Source: Macrostomum hystrix (lineage: Eukaryota; Animalia; Platyhelminthes). From it: a stretch of 64,000 bases of DNA. Both the position numbers and the translations under genes were made by a program. Where the stretch lies: the NCBI GenBank assembly GCA_950097015.1, contig CATNEN010000041.1, positions 2,914,001-2,978,000 on the forward strand, given 5' to 3'. Under the pieces are notes generated by a model that saw nothing but the letters and a program-made list of their open reading frames with translations, was not told where the DNA came from and made no database searches. Below are positions 13,498-26,380 of this stretch, one piece after another. The stretch's first letter is position 1. Each line of letters opens with the position of its first letter.

Positions 13498-14267
13498 GCA
13501 GAACAAACAAACGGGTGACGGGCAGGCAGAGGCGAAAGAGATCACAGTACAGGATTACGGAGAGGCTGTAGCACTGTGGGATCGGGCATTTTATGCACTG
13601 TGTACCTGAATACCTCAATACCGAGAATATACTCGTAGTTGGCCAGACTCTGTTCGGTAAAAGCAGAGGACTCCACATGCACACCGGATGAATTCACTAA
13701 GCTAAAGTTAGATAGAGCTGCATGCACTGCAAAAACACCATAGAACAACAGTGAAGGACATCTAAAAAGCAAAGCAGAGGTGCAGCTGCTGAATACCTGC
13801 AGCAGCAGCAGCAGTCGGGAGCAAACTGCTGCCGCTGGCTGAGCAGCGACCGAAGCTGCTCAAATCGAGAAATGCAAATTGCCTGGAGGGGCCGGCGCCG
13901 CCGCTGCTCACTGAAAGCAGATTTCGAGTGCGCGTGAAACTGGCAGAAATGCTGGCGCCCTCACCATCACCAGCCTAGCAGGCGGAAAGTTAAATCAGAC
14001 AGAAATTGGGGGACAGAATATGATAGACTGGGAATACTTTCCCCGTGAGGCATTGTCATCCAGCTTAACTTGGACACTTAACAGTTCAAGTGAGAACAGC
14101 ATTAGTAAAAGCATGCGTGATCTTAAACAAAAAAGCCATTTCAACGGGGCTTAAATTCGTTAGATGCAGCAACTACTGCCAAAAATTGAGCAATACAAAT
14201 TTAATGCATAGTTAAATATATATACTGACTAGCAAGCCATGGTTCAGTTAGGAAAAAAGTTAGTCAG

Positions 14268-14983
14268 GAAGATGCGGAAGATCCACTGAAGGCTCACGGA
14301 AGATGCGGAAGACCCGCTAAAGGCTCATAGAAGATGCGGAAGACCCGCTAAAGGCTCATGGAAGATGCGGAAGACCCGCTAAAGGCTCATGGAAGATGCG
14401 GAAGACCCTCTAAAGGCTCATGGAAGATGCGGAAGACCCGCTGAAGGCTCATGGAAGATGCGGAAGACCCGCTAAAGGCTCATGGAAGATGCGGAAGACC
14501 CGCTGAAGGCTCATGGAAGATGCGGAAGACCCGCTAAAGGCTCATGGAAGATGCGGAAGACCCGCTGAAGGCTCATAGAAGATGCGGAAGACCCGCTAAA
14601 GGCTCATGGAAGATGCGGAAGACCCGCTGAAGGCTCATGGAAGATGCGGAAGACCCGCTAAAGGCTCATGGAAGATGCGGAAGACCCGCTGAAGGCTCAT
14701 GGAAGATGCGGAAGACCCGCTAAAGGCTCATGGAAGATGCGGAAGACCCGCTAAAGGCTCATGGAAGATGCGGAAGACCCGCTAAAGGCTCATGGAAGAT
14801 GCGGAAGACCCTCTAAAGGCTCATGGAAGATGCAGAAGACCCGCTGAAGGCTCATGGAAGATGCGGAAGACCCGCTGAAGGCTCATGGAAGATGCGGAAG
14901 ACCCGCTAAAGGCTCATGGAAGATGCGGAAGACCCGCTAAAGGCTCATGGAAGATGCGGAAGACCCGCTAAAGGCTCATGGAA
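14268..14983. repeat. Minisatellite, 31-bp unit gaagatgcggaagacccgctaaaggctcatg
   Basis: Tandem copies, period 31. Confidence 0.95.
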
Positions 14984-15174
14984 AGCGCTGCAGACCAGGT
15001 TAAGAAAGCCTGGTCCCAAAACACAGTCGCAGCAAAGCCTGATACCATGGCGATGGCAGTCAGCGGTGTAAATGCTTCCACCGTGAGTAAAAACCCTAAA
15101 ACACGAACATCAAAACAGCCGTCACCGAAGTCCAGGACCCTCTCTTCCCTCGCCTATAATCATGCTCACAGCCA

Positions 15175-17945
15175 AAGGGGTCGGTGAGGCCGCTGGAGTC
15201 CCAGTTGAACTGCACAGCTGAGCAGCTGTCAACAGGCGATGCCTCCACATCCTGCTCCAAGGGATCGGGCGGGACTGGCGCGTTTGCTTTCAGAATTGCT
15301 TCTGCATTCTTCAAATTCTGGAACCCATGCGGCATGCATTAGTAACTATGCAAACCGCTCAGTGTGAGTTCTAGTAAGGTGAGGTATAATTATATATATA
15401 GCCTATAAAGAGCAAGGGCACAACGTGCCATGCTGCAATCTCATAAGCAGGTAATCAGCGGTAACTAAAAAATTATATTGCAGACGCTTCGTTATGCAAT
15501 AATCAATACGGAAAGTTCGCCAAGTCAATAGACTCAGCATGTGCTCACCAGCAGTGCGGCGGGCGCTCCGCCACCGGACCTGCTGCTGTCCAGCGGCTGC
15601 TGCAAATAATAGGACTGTTGCTGCTGCTGCTGCTGCTGCTGAGCTGCCGGGCTCTGAGCGGAGCACAGGGCAGACTGGGTAGCTGGTCTCCGGCTAACCA
15701 GCTAAAACAGAATGCGATAAATTGAGGCCACAATGATTTGTGAGGCCGAATAGCTAACTTCAAAAAGTGCTGGGTATTGGAACTCACAACATTCTTGGCA
15801 TCAATGCGCATTGTACTGAGCAGGTCCTGGTAGAAGGCAGACTGGCTCCACTGGTACTTCACCGCCGGCGAGTTGTCCAAGTCCAGCAGGTTGCTCCACA
15901 CGTTCGCTGTGGCAGGGTGACTGCGGGCGTGGGATAGGGAGAGCGGCAGTGTGGGATGGGGAGAGCGGCAGTGTGGGATGGGGAGAGCGGCAGTGTGGGA
16001 TGGGGAGAGCGGCAGTGTGGGATGGGGAGAGCGGCAGTGTGGGATGGGGAGAGCTGCAGTGTGGGATGGGGAGAGCGGCAGTGTGGGATGGGGAGAGCTG
16101 CAGTGTGGGATGGGGAGAGCGGCAGTGTGGGATGGGGAGAGCGGCAGTGTGGGATGGGGAGAGCGGCAGTGTGGGATGGGGAGAGCTGCAGTGTGGGATG
16201 GGGAGAGCGGCAGTGTGGGATGGGGAGAGCTGCAGTGTGGGATGGGGAGAGCGGCAGTGTGGGATGGGGAGAGCTGCAGTGTGGGATGGGGAGAGCGGCA
16301 GTGTGGGATGGGGAGAGCGGCAGTGTGGGATGGGGAGAGCGGCAGTGTGGGATGGGGAGAGCTGCAGTGTGGGATGGGGAGAGCGGCAGTGTGGGATGGG
16401 GAGAGCTGCAGTGTGGGATGGGGAGAGCGGCGGTGTGGGATGGGGAGAGCTGCAGTGTGGGATGGGGAGAGCGGCAGTGTGGGATGGGGAGAGCTGCAGT
16501 GTGGGATGGGGAGAGCGGCAGTGTGGGATGGGGAGAGCGGCAGTGGGGGATGGGGAGAGCTGCAGTGTGGGATGGGGAGTGTGGGATCCCCTAACGCATT
16601 ACATGCAGAAGCGCAGAAGTGAGTAAAGAAAGTCCCAAAGCCAGGCAGATCCGAGGCGAACAGTTGACCCGAGCACCCCAGGTGAGTAAACCGAAAAAGC
16701 AGCTATAAAAAATGCAATCGAAATTTTTTTGTGAAATACTGGCGATACCAGTGAATGCAGTGGCAGACTTGCTTGTGCAGCCTGGAAGGTGCGGCAAAGA
16801 CTATCATTACAAAATAATAAACACCGAAATCTGTTCAGCAGTTCCCAGTCAAACCCAGCCTCACCTGTTCAGCAGTTCTCAGTCCAACCCAGCCTCACCT
16901 GTTCAGCAGTTCCCAGTCAAACCCAGCCTCACCTGTTCAGCAGTTCTCAGTCCAACCCAGCCTCACCTGCTCAGCAGTTCTCAGTCAAACCCAGCCTCAC
17001 CTGTTCAGCAGTTCTCAGTCCAACCCAGCCTCACCTGCTCAGCAGTTCTCAGTCAAACCCAGCCTCACCTGTTCAGCAGTTCTCAGTCCAACCCAGCCTC
17101 ACCTGTTCAGCAGTTCTCAGTCCAACCCAGCCTCACCTGTTCAGCAGTTCTCAGTCCAACCCAGCCTCACCTGTTAGCAGCGCGTGCCACGATGTCGCTG
17201 ACATCCTTCATCTGGCCAGGATTCTCGGCCCTCAGCAGGCTGCCCAGCACCGATTCGTCTATGGCCAAACCTGTCGCCTCAGACCCGGAACTCTCAGTCT
17301 CTCCAAATGCATCGTTGAGCAGCTTCTCCAGTGCCGAGCTCAGATCTGAGCACATCTTAGCCAGCTGCTGCTCCGGCGGCTGCCCCTGGGAGTCCGCAGA
17401 TGTCGCCGCTGCCGACTGGAAGTCTTCGAAGTCATCGAAATCATCGTCACCATCACCGTGGCCATGGCTTCCCCCTTCTGCTGAGGAAAGTTTTTCGGAA
17501 TTAGGGATAGGAATAGAGTTCTCAGGAGTCGAAGGAAGCTGCAAGTATATTTAATCAAACAAGCCTGAGTGTCACCATTATCCTCAGGTGCAGCCACGGT
17601 GGCGGATTCGCCGAAGTCGGCCCATTCGCTGGGCGGATTGCAGTCGGTCGAAGGCTCGTTGGAGAATGTAGCGAAGTTATCCGGCCAATCATCTGGAGCG
17701 ATGGTTGCTAGGCAGTTGCTGTCATTGCCATCCATGATAGGTGTGAGCTCAAGGAAGCTGCAATCATTGTCTTTGGTTGCTGGGCTAATTTTGTTGTTGC
17801 TTTGCTTGCCAACACCTGCCTCTAACTGTAGAATACTACCATTGGCTTTGACTGTTGGAAAATCTTCATGATTGGTTGCAAGGTGACCATTGCTGTTGCC
17901 TGGTGCTGCACAGTCTTGCAAATCACTAATTGTAGAGTCGCCCAT
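15175..17945 (-). CDS. AFTPH: Aftiphilin-like clathrin/AP-1 accessory protein (multi-exon; 3' end unresolved, probably continuing via exons near 13800-13880 and 12550-12780)
   Basis: ATG at 17945. Acidic WxxF/FxxF motifs (WPDNFATF, EWADFGE, DFDDFEDFQ). Exon 17538-17171 (donor ag|gtgagg) joins in frame to exon 15920-15788 encoding NVWSNLLDLDNSPAVKYQWSQSAFYQDLLSTMRIDAKNV, which resembles the aftiphilin conserved box. A further exon encodes QFNWDSSGLTDPF, like aftiphilin FDWSSSGLTNPL (family motifs recalled, not searched). Confidence 0.8.
15928..16585. repeat. Intronic G-rich minisatellite, 22-bp unit gtgggatggggagagcggcagt
   Basis: About 29 tandem copies. Confidence 0.95.
16832..17180 (-). repeat. 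Intronic minisatellite, 34-bp unit containing a copy of the 5' splice donor (aacag|gtgagg), 10 copies
   Basis: cctcacct recurs every 34 bp from 16859 to 17165. Confidence 0.95.
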
Positions 17946-20247
17946 GCAGCCTGGAAAGAGAATGCTTGTATTGCAGTGGCATCAATATTATTACAATTTA
18001 ACCCTGGTCCCTGACCCAGCCTATCTTAACAAATTTAGAAGATATGATTATATACAAACTTAATGCTTTGGTTAAATGTTTTGGACAGTTTAAGTAATTA
18101 TTCAAAGCCTATATAAAGCACCATACTATCCACATAGTGACAGTCCAAAATTTGAGTCAGTCTAAGAAAAAGCAAAGATTTTTTAAAACATAATAAACAT
18201 ACGATTTTCTTGAAGCTGGATAAATGAGGTGCACTGTAGCATGCTATACATAGCAAGTTACATAAAATAATCATATATTATTGTTTGGCCTAATAAAAAT
18301 ATTATCAAACTGAAACATATAGTATATTAAATAAGCCATAAGACAGCCCTAGGCTATGCATAAATATACTTAGTCCTACTAGCAAAGCTATAGACCATAC
18401 ATTGCTTGTTATTTTTAAGTGCCACTATCCTGATTTAGTTGTAGGCTAGCTAAAGTTAGCATTTGTGTTCTTGGGACAACAATACCCAATTTTCATATTG
18501 GCCACAATATATGCTAGCATTTCCTTGATGCCCTCCCTCATTTAGCCACTTTGTGGTTAGTGCAGGGTGTGCTACTATTTATTTATTTATTATTATTATT
18601 ATCAATTTATTAAACTAGCTTTAGCAAGTGCCATTTTGAGTGTGTTTGATTCCTAAAAGCAATTTAGCTATAAAAAGCTAGGGGCCTAATATAGCTGGCT
18701 AAAATACCATACAAATTATAGCTATAGATAAAGGTTGGGCCTATTTAATTAATAAAATAAATGTCAATGTCAATGTAAATGGATTTGTTTCATAAATAAA
18801 CAAATAAAGTTTGCTAAAAAGTACTTCACATATGCCAGCTGACTACCGACAAGTACTCAACACAGAATGTGATGTTTACATGAAAAAAATTCAATTAGAT
18901 GCGAAGTCACTTCAGTTTTATAATTGTGAGCGCAAACTATTTCACACGAATTAATTATACAAGATATAATAATTAATTATACAAGATATAATGTCAATCT
19001 CCAAAGTTTTGAGAGAGTTCTTAGAAAACTTAAAATTGTTTAAATTAACTTCTGCAGTCGAAGATTATGACTATTCGTGCACAAAATTAGAGTCATTTAA
19101 AGCATAAAATAGTTTTTATTAATTGTACTAACCTTTTCTTGGACCCGTTTTTTTAAGCTTGCCGTTAATGTGATTAAGTTTGTTTTAATATAAGCTCACT
19201 TAAAACTTCTCATTTCTGTATTTTTTAACTGCTGAAAATATATGCATAAAAAATTAATTACGCGCATAAGATCTATGCTGCCTCTACCAGCTGCCCTTAC
19301 AAGTCAGTTATAACGCTTTGCTGATTGACACTTGGGTGCTGCAGATCTTTAAATTATATATTTTGTGTACATAAATAGCTGCTTCATCTCATACTTTTAG
19401 GTAAAAATATTACAAGTCTGCGTCCAGCAATCAACAAAGGAGATGCCTTCTCTATAAAGTCTTTTTTCGCTAGATAAAGTTATAGCATGCATGGTTGAAA
19501 GCTTGTAGGTGAGCTGTGGATTTTGTGGAGCAGCTCCTGGCACCTCCTTTTGAGCTGCTCCTTTCAGACAGAGCTAGAAACAAGCAAGCAGTCTTTTTGT
19601 CACGTTGGTCGGACTTGGTCGAAGAGCTGAAAAAATGTAATTCCTTTATCAGAAAATTTTGTCTGGAAATTGATCCATGTTTTTTAGATAAACGGCATCC
19701 AGAAATTACTTTTATGAGTTCCGTTATTCGGTCATCAAACATGCCATGAATTTCTGATTTCAGTTTATCTGATTAAGAACATGAATTCATACAATATAAA
19801 TTAGTATTGTAATGTATTGTATTGATATAATTAATGAAAATCACATGAAGCATTCTCTTGAAGAGAAGCATTACAGCTCACACTGCAGTTACAGGTGAGG
19901 CGTAGAAGCAAAAGGAAAGACTTGCGTACAACACGCGTACAGAACTAATGGAGAGGCTGTTTTTGTTCGTCGCCATGGTGACTCTCCCTGCACCCGCCTG
20001 TCTCTCTTCTCTGCAGGGTGGCAACCCCAGTCCCATGTACATTCAGTGTTCATTGCAAGGCCCACGGTCAACCCCACTGTAGTTCTTTCGTCCAGCTCTC
20101 GGCTAAAAATTTGGCGCGCGCTTCAAACTAAGGAATTCCATGCAATTTTCTCCTGCACTGCCTCAAGCAGAGGGCCCGCAGACATTTACAGTTTGAGTCA
20201 TTTGTGAGCGTTAACATCCGCCTTATTCGCTTGATTCCTCAGCAGAG

Positions 20248-22931
20248 ATGAATCAGTTTGATGCCATGGAAGACGAGGACGATTTGTATGGCGGCTTCAA
20301 CGAGTACTCGGCCTTGAATACGGAGGAGATTCTCCGGGACGAGTCCGTGCAGCAGGCTGTGCGGACCAGCCACGGCAGGCGCGCCCCGAACCTCGCAGCC
20401 ACCGGAGCAGCCGGGAAGCCCCCGCCGACAGCCTCCCGGGCCGGCCTACGCACCGGCCAGGTGGGCGCCGCCGGCGGCACGGAGGCTCGCCCCATGACGG
20501 CCGTGCGGGCTGCCGGCTTCTCGCGCAACGCCCGCAAAGGCTCAGCCGGCGACATCCGGCCAGCGCCGCCGCTCGAGGCCAAGGCGGACAACAGTCCGGA
20601 GGAGAAGATCCGGGCGTTGGAGAAGGCGGTGGTGCAGCTGGTTGAGGAGTCCTGCCTGGCGCTGTCGCGCGGCGAGAAGGGCACGGCTCTGCAGAAGGCC
20701 AAGGAGGCGGCCAAGAAGGAGAAGGACCTGCTGCGCAAGCGGGAGGACCTGAGCAACACGGACCAGGCGAACATGGACCTGACCTACATGGTGCTGTTTA
20801 ACCTGGCCAACCAGTACCAGGCCAATGACATGTACCAGGAGGCTCTCAACGCCTATCAGGCCATTGTGAAGAACAAGATGTTCGCACACGCCGGCAGACT
20901 CAAGGTAAACATGGGCAACATCTACTTCAAGCAGAAGCAGTTCGCCAAGGCGATCAAGTTCTACAGGATGGCCTTGGACCAGATTCCAAACACACACAAG
21001 AGCCTGCGCATCAAGATCATGCAGAATATCGGCATCGCTTTCATCAAGATGGGCCAGGTGCACGACGCCATCACCTCATTCGAGCACATCATGCAGGAGC
21101 AGCCGGACTTCAAGACTGGCTTCAACCTTCTGCTATGCTACTACACTATCAATGAGAGGAACATGATGAAGATGGCCTTCACCAAGATGTTGTCCGTCGA
21201 CCTGAAGCTGGGCGATCCGGACCGCTACACGCTGGCCCCGAACAGCGACAGGCAGACGGAGCTCATCCAGGAAGTCATCCGCAATGACGACCTGCGGAAG
21301 GTGGAGATGGAGCGAGAGCAGGACGCTGAGCGTCGAATTAAGATGGCCGCCAAGATCATCGCGCCGGTGATAGACGAGAGCTTCTCCGACGGCTACGACT
21401 GGTGCATCGACCAAGTGAAGTCCTCCGCTTTCTTGAACATTGGCCACGACCTGGAGATCGACAAAGCCATGATGTTCCTGAAGCAGCGGGACTTCCATCA
21501 GGGCGAGGAGTCGCTCCACCGCAAGGCCATTGAGTCGCTGAAGTCATTCGAGAAGAAAGACACCCGTCTGGCCTCCGCAGCAGGTGTGAACCTGTCCTTC
21601 CTTCACTACCTGGAGGGCAATCTGCAGCAGGCTGACAAATACGCTGACCAGTCCCTACAAGCGGACAGGTACAACCCTGCCGCTCTGGTGAACAAGGGCA
21701 ACGTGTTCTACCAGCAGAAGGACTTCGAGCGTGCGCGGGACTTTTACAACGACGCGCTGAACAACGACAGTTCCTGCGTGGAGGCCCTGTACAACCTGGG
21801 CCTGGTCAACAAGCGGCTCGGCCGCATGGACGAGGCCTTGGACGCTTTCCAGAAGCTGCACACGATCTTCAAGAACTCCGCCCAGGTGATCTACCAGCTG
21901 GCCGATGTGTACGAGAAGATTGGGGAGCGGAACCAGGCGCAGGAGTGGTACTTGCAGCTCAATGGGATCCTGCCGACCGATCCCAAACTGTTGCAGCGGC
22001 TGGCAACCTTCTGCGAGGAGGAGGGCGACAAGTCGCAGGCCTTCTCCTACTACTACGACTCCTTCAGGTACTACCCGGCCAACCTCGACGTGAGTGCATC
22101 GGCTTTTGCTGTCTTATTTGGGTCATCAAAGCAAACAGTGCATGCGTAACATCTCGACATTTGCACTTATAAATGACACACCGTGAAATGAAAGAGTCCA
22201 GCAGGCTGAAAAATACAAAAAATATTTGCTTACTGTTCCGTAAAGCAGAAGAGAAGCAAAAACTTAGGAAAACTAGCGAATTCTGGGAGCGGAAAAATGC
22301 CAAGAATGCAGATAGGAAGATTCAGTCAATGATAGCTCGCTGCCATTGCCATCTCCAGGTGATCGAGTGGCTGGGCGCCTACTACATCGAGGCGCAGTTC
22401 TGCGAGAAGGCCATCAGCTACTTCGAGCGCGCCGCCATGATGCAGCCGGGCCAGGTGAAGTGGCCCCTGATGATCGCCAGCTGCCACAGGCGCAGCGGCA
22501 ACTACCAGGTGGCGCTAGAGACCTACAAGTCCGTCCACCGGCGCTTCCCTGACAACGTGGAGTGCCTGAAGTTCCTGGTGCGCATCAGCACCGACCTCGG
22601 CCTGGAGGAGGCCGCGGAGTACGCGGCCAAGCTGAAGAAGGCGGAGAAGAGCCAGGAGGCCCGCGAACAGCGGCAGGCCAGCGCCGGCCGGCGGAGCAGC
22701 GTCGTCGGCCAGGCCGGCAGCCGCGAGAACTCGGCCGGCGGCAGCGGCTACAGGCCCCAAGCGCAGATGCCGCCGCAGCCGCACCAGCGGCACCCGCTGC
22801 AGCAGCAGCCGAGCACCGACTACGAGGACCCGCTGGGCGCGGAGCGCGAGCGGCCCCGCACTGCGGCCAGGCGCGGCCCGGTGGACGAGTTCGCCGACGA
22901 GGAGCTGGACGACACCCTGCTGCCGGAGTGA
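20248..22931 (+). CDS. IFT88: Intraflagellar transport protein 88 (Polaris), TPR-repeat IFT-B subunit; 2 exons 20248-22089 and 22359-22931, ~804 aa
   Basis: N-terminal EDEDDLYGGFNEY, ARPMTAVRAAGF, multiple TPRs, DRYNPAALVNKGN, IEWLGAYYIEAQFCEKAI, and C-terminal YEDPLG..ERPRTA..DEFADEELDDTLLPE. GT-AG intron (gac|gtgagt ... ctccag|gtg) is in phase 0. Confidence 0.97.
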
Positions 22932-23292
22932 CGCACGCGGCGCGTCTGATCCTCCGCTTTTGAATGGCTTCAGACAATGCGGCTTTTAAAAGGACTTAAG
23001 TCACTTGCTTTAGCTCACTTCTTGATACAATTATCAAACTCTACTGAGCAATTTTGACGTATTTTGATATTATAAAAAAGGACAAATGAGAAATCGTAAT
23101 GTTTCTAACGCATGTAAAACGCATATGGTGTGCTTCAGATTCTTTCAGCTCCGTACAAAGTAAATTACTTCGTTAATTACTTTTGCTTTCGGCACAAGGC
23201 TCTGCTGACAATTAGCACTTCCACTGTCAAACTTAATTAATGTTTGCGAGTCAAAAAACTGAGCTTTAAAGGCTCAGGCAGTCCCTGATGAA

Positions 23293-24405
23293 CCTATTCC
23301 AGTCACAGACACCCTTTTACCTACAGTCACAGACACCCTATTCCAGCCACAGACACCATATTCCAGTCACAGACACTCAATTCCAGTCACAGACACCATA
23401 TTCCAGTCACAGAAACCATATTCCAGTCACAGACACCCTATTCCAGTCACAGACACCCAATTCCAGTCACAGACACCCTATTCCAGTCCCAGACACTCAA
23501 TTCCAGTCACAGACACCCTATTCCAGTCACAGAAACCATATTCCAGTCACAGACACTCAATTCCAGGCACAGACACCCTATTCCAGTCGCAGACACCCTA
23601 TTCCAGTCACAGACACCCTATTCCAGTCACAGACACCATATTCCAGTCACAGACACTCAATTCCAGGCACAGACACCCTATTCCAGTCACAGACACCCTA
23701 TTCCAGTCACAGACACCTAATTACAGTCAGACACCCAATTACAGCCACAGACACCCTATTCCAGTTACAGACACCATATTCCAGTCACAGACACCCTATT
23801 CCAGCAGTCACAGACACCCTATTCCAGTCACAGACACCATATTCCAGTCACAGACACCTAATTACAGTCAGACACCCAATTACAGCCACAGACACCCTAT
23901 TCCAGTCACAGACACCATATTCCAGTCACAGACACCCTATTCCAGTCACAGACACCTAATTACAGTCAGACACCCAATTACAGCCACAGACACCCTATTC
24001 CAGTTACAGACACCATATTCCAGTCACAGACACCCTATTCCAGCAGTCACAGACACCCTATTCCAGTCACAGACACCATATTCCAGTCACAGACACCTAA
24101 TTACAGTCAGACACCCAATTACAGCCACAGACACCCTATTCCAGTCACAGACACCATATTCCAGTCACAGACACCATATTCCAGTCACAGACACTCAATT
24201 CCAGCCACAGACACCCTATTCCAGTCACAGACACCATATTCCAGTCACAGACACCCTATTCCAGTCACAGACACCCTATTCCAGTCACAGACACCCTATT
24301 CCAGTCACAGACACCCTATTCCAGTCACAGACACCATATTCCAGTCAGACACCTAATTACAGTCAGACACCCAATTACAGCCACAGACACCCTATTCCAG
24401 TCACC
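23293..24405. repeat. Minisatellite, ~20-bp unit attccagtcacagacacc(c/a)t with higher-order variant blocks
   Basis: Tandem copies. Confidence 0.95.
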
Positions 24406-24744
24406 GGCGCTTCTCAGAGCCATCTCAGGGAGCTATTAATGAAACAGTAAAAGTAGCAGAGAGGAGGCAGTGCACTGATGTGTTTGGCAGTTTCATGTCC
24501 AGCATCTGGAAATCGGTGCAGTTGAAGGCTCGCACGCGTGTCTTCTTGGTGTACACGGTTAATGGGGCCATGAAGTGCTAGATGGAATTTCCGTGGGTGA
24601 TTTCGTGCTGTAGACCACTGAAGTGGCTTTTGCTTTCCTTGGGAGGCCGAATTCGATGAGCTTAATGACTCATTCTGTGAGTCTACACCTTGATTAAGAG
24701 CAGCTATGAGCTGAGATTTTCACAGTCTGCTAAGACTATTGTGC

Positions 24745-25520
24745 AGCAATGCTTAGTCTCACATGAGTCCGCAAAGAACATTGAGTAGCAATGCTGAGTC
24801 TCACATGAGTCCGCAAAGAACATTGAGTAGCAATGCTGTGTCTCACATGAGTCCGCAAAGAACATTGAGTAGCAATGCTGTGTCTCACATGAGTCCGCCA
24901 AGAACATTGAGCAGCAATGCTTAGTCTCACATGAGTCCGCTAAGAACATTGAGTAGCAATGCTGAGTCTCACATGAGTCCGCAAAGAACATTGAGTAGCA
25001 ATGCTGAGTCTCACATGAGTCCGCAAAGAACATTGAGCAGCAATGCTTAGTCTCACATGAGTCCGCAAAGAACATTGAGTAGCAATGCTGAGTCTCACAT
25101 GAGTCCGCTAAGAACATTGAGTAGCAATGCTGAGTCTCACATGAGTCCGCTAAGAACATTGAGTAGCAATGCTGAGTCTCACATGAGTCCGCTAAGAACA
25201 TTGAGCAGCAATGCTTAGTCTCACATGAGTCCGCTAAGAACATTGAGCAGCAATGCTTAGTCTCACATGAGTCCGCTAAGAACATTGAGCAGCAATGCTT
25301 AGTCTCACATGAGTCCGCTAAGAACATTGAGCAGCAATGCTTAGTCTCACATGAGTCCGCTAAGAACATTGAGCAGCAATGCTTAGTCTCACATGAGTCC
25401 GCTAAGATCATTGAGCAGCAATGCTTAGTCTCACATGAGTCCGCTAAGATCATTGAGCAGCAATGCTTAGTCTCACATGAGTCCGCTAAGAACATTAAGC
25501 AACAATGCTTAGTCTCGCAT
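24745..25520. repeat. Minisatellite, 42-bp unit gagtccgctaagaacattgagcagcaatgcttagtctcacat
   Basis: 14-aa period in the overlapping ORF. Confidence 0.95.
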
Positions 25521-25971
25521 CTTCGCCGTAACATGTTTAGTAAGAAAAAGCCAGGACGACTGCACAGTCAAACAAACTAGTCCAAGTTGCTGCTGACTCA
25601 ATGGAATACTTGGCCGAATAGCAAAATAGCTTGGTCACCAGGCACTGGCTGTATTTGTCTGTGTGAGAAGCATTACTCAGAGCTAATTCGGCAAATTCAT
25701 AGAAAATAGACTGCATCAGAAAATGCGCAGCCATGAAGCCCGGCTGACAGTCTCTCTGAGCAGCTGGGAGAAAACACAATGTAAAAGTGCAACCGGCGGC
25801 CTCTGGATTAGCGGAGTTGGGGAGAATAGACAGTCACATATTGGCCAGACTTGCAGTGCGAATTCATTAGACAAAGCACTAGCATTGTTCTTTTAGCTCG
25901 TAATTAGAAACATCTACATTGTCAACACAATACGAGCTAATACAGGACACAAGATATACTTCATTCAAATC

Positions 25972-26365
25972 TATTCAGGCCATCCAAAAACTGTTCAGGC
26001 CGTCTCAGAACTATTCAGGTCCCACCATAACTATTCAGGCCCTCTGAGAACTATTCAGGCCCTCTGAGAACTATTCAGGCCCTCTGAGAACTATTCAGGC
26101 CATCTGAGAACTATTCAGGCCCTCTGAGAACTATTCAGGCCATCTGAGAACTATTCAGGCCCTCTGAGAACTATTCAGGCCATCTGAGAACTATTCAGGC
26201 CCTCTGAGAACTATTCAGGCCATCTGAGAACTATTCAGGCCCTCTGAGAACTATTCAGGCCATATGAGAACTATTCAGGCCATCTGAGAACTATTCAGGC
26301 CATATGAGAACTATTCAGGCCATCTGAGAACTATTCAGGCCATCTGAGAACTATTCAGGCCATCT
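25972..26365. repeat. Minisatellite, 20-bp unit aactattcaggccctctgag, just 3' of the RABGGTB stop
   Basis: Tandem copies. Confidence 0.95.
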
Positions 26366-26380
26366 TCTAAAACTCATCCC

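Noticed and set aside
19516-19749. 77-aa plus-strand ORF between AFTPH and IFT88
   Set aside because: GTG start, in-frame stop just upstream, no motif or codon bias; unsupported without transcript data
20253-22977. Antisense ORFs over IFT88 (and similarly over ATP2C1 and RABGGTB)
   Set aside because: Expected by-product of high GC3 codon usage
24400-25780. Short minus-strand frames between IFT88 and RABGGTB
   Set aside because: Could not assemble a consistent exon chain or recognise a family
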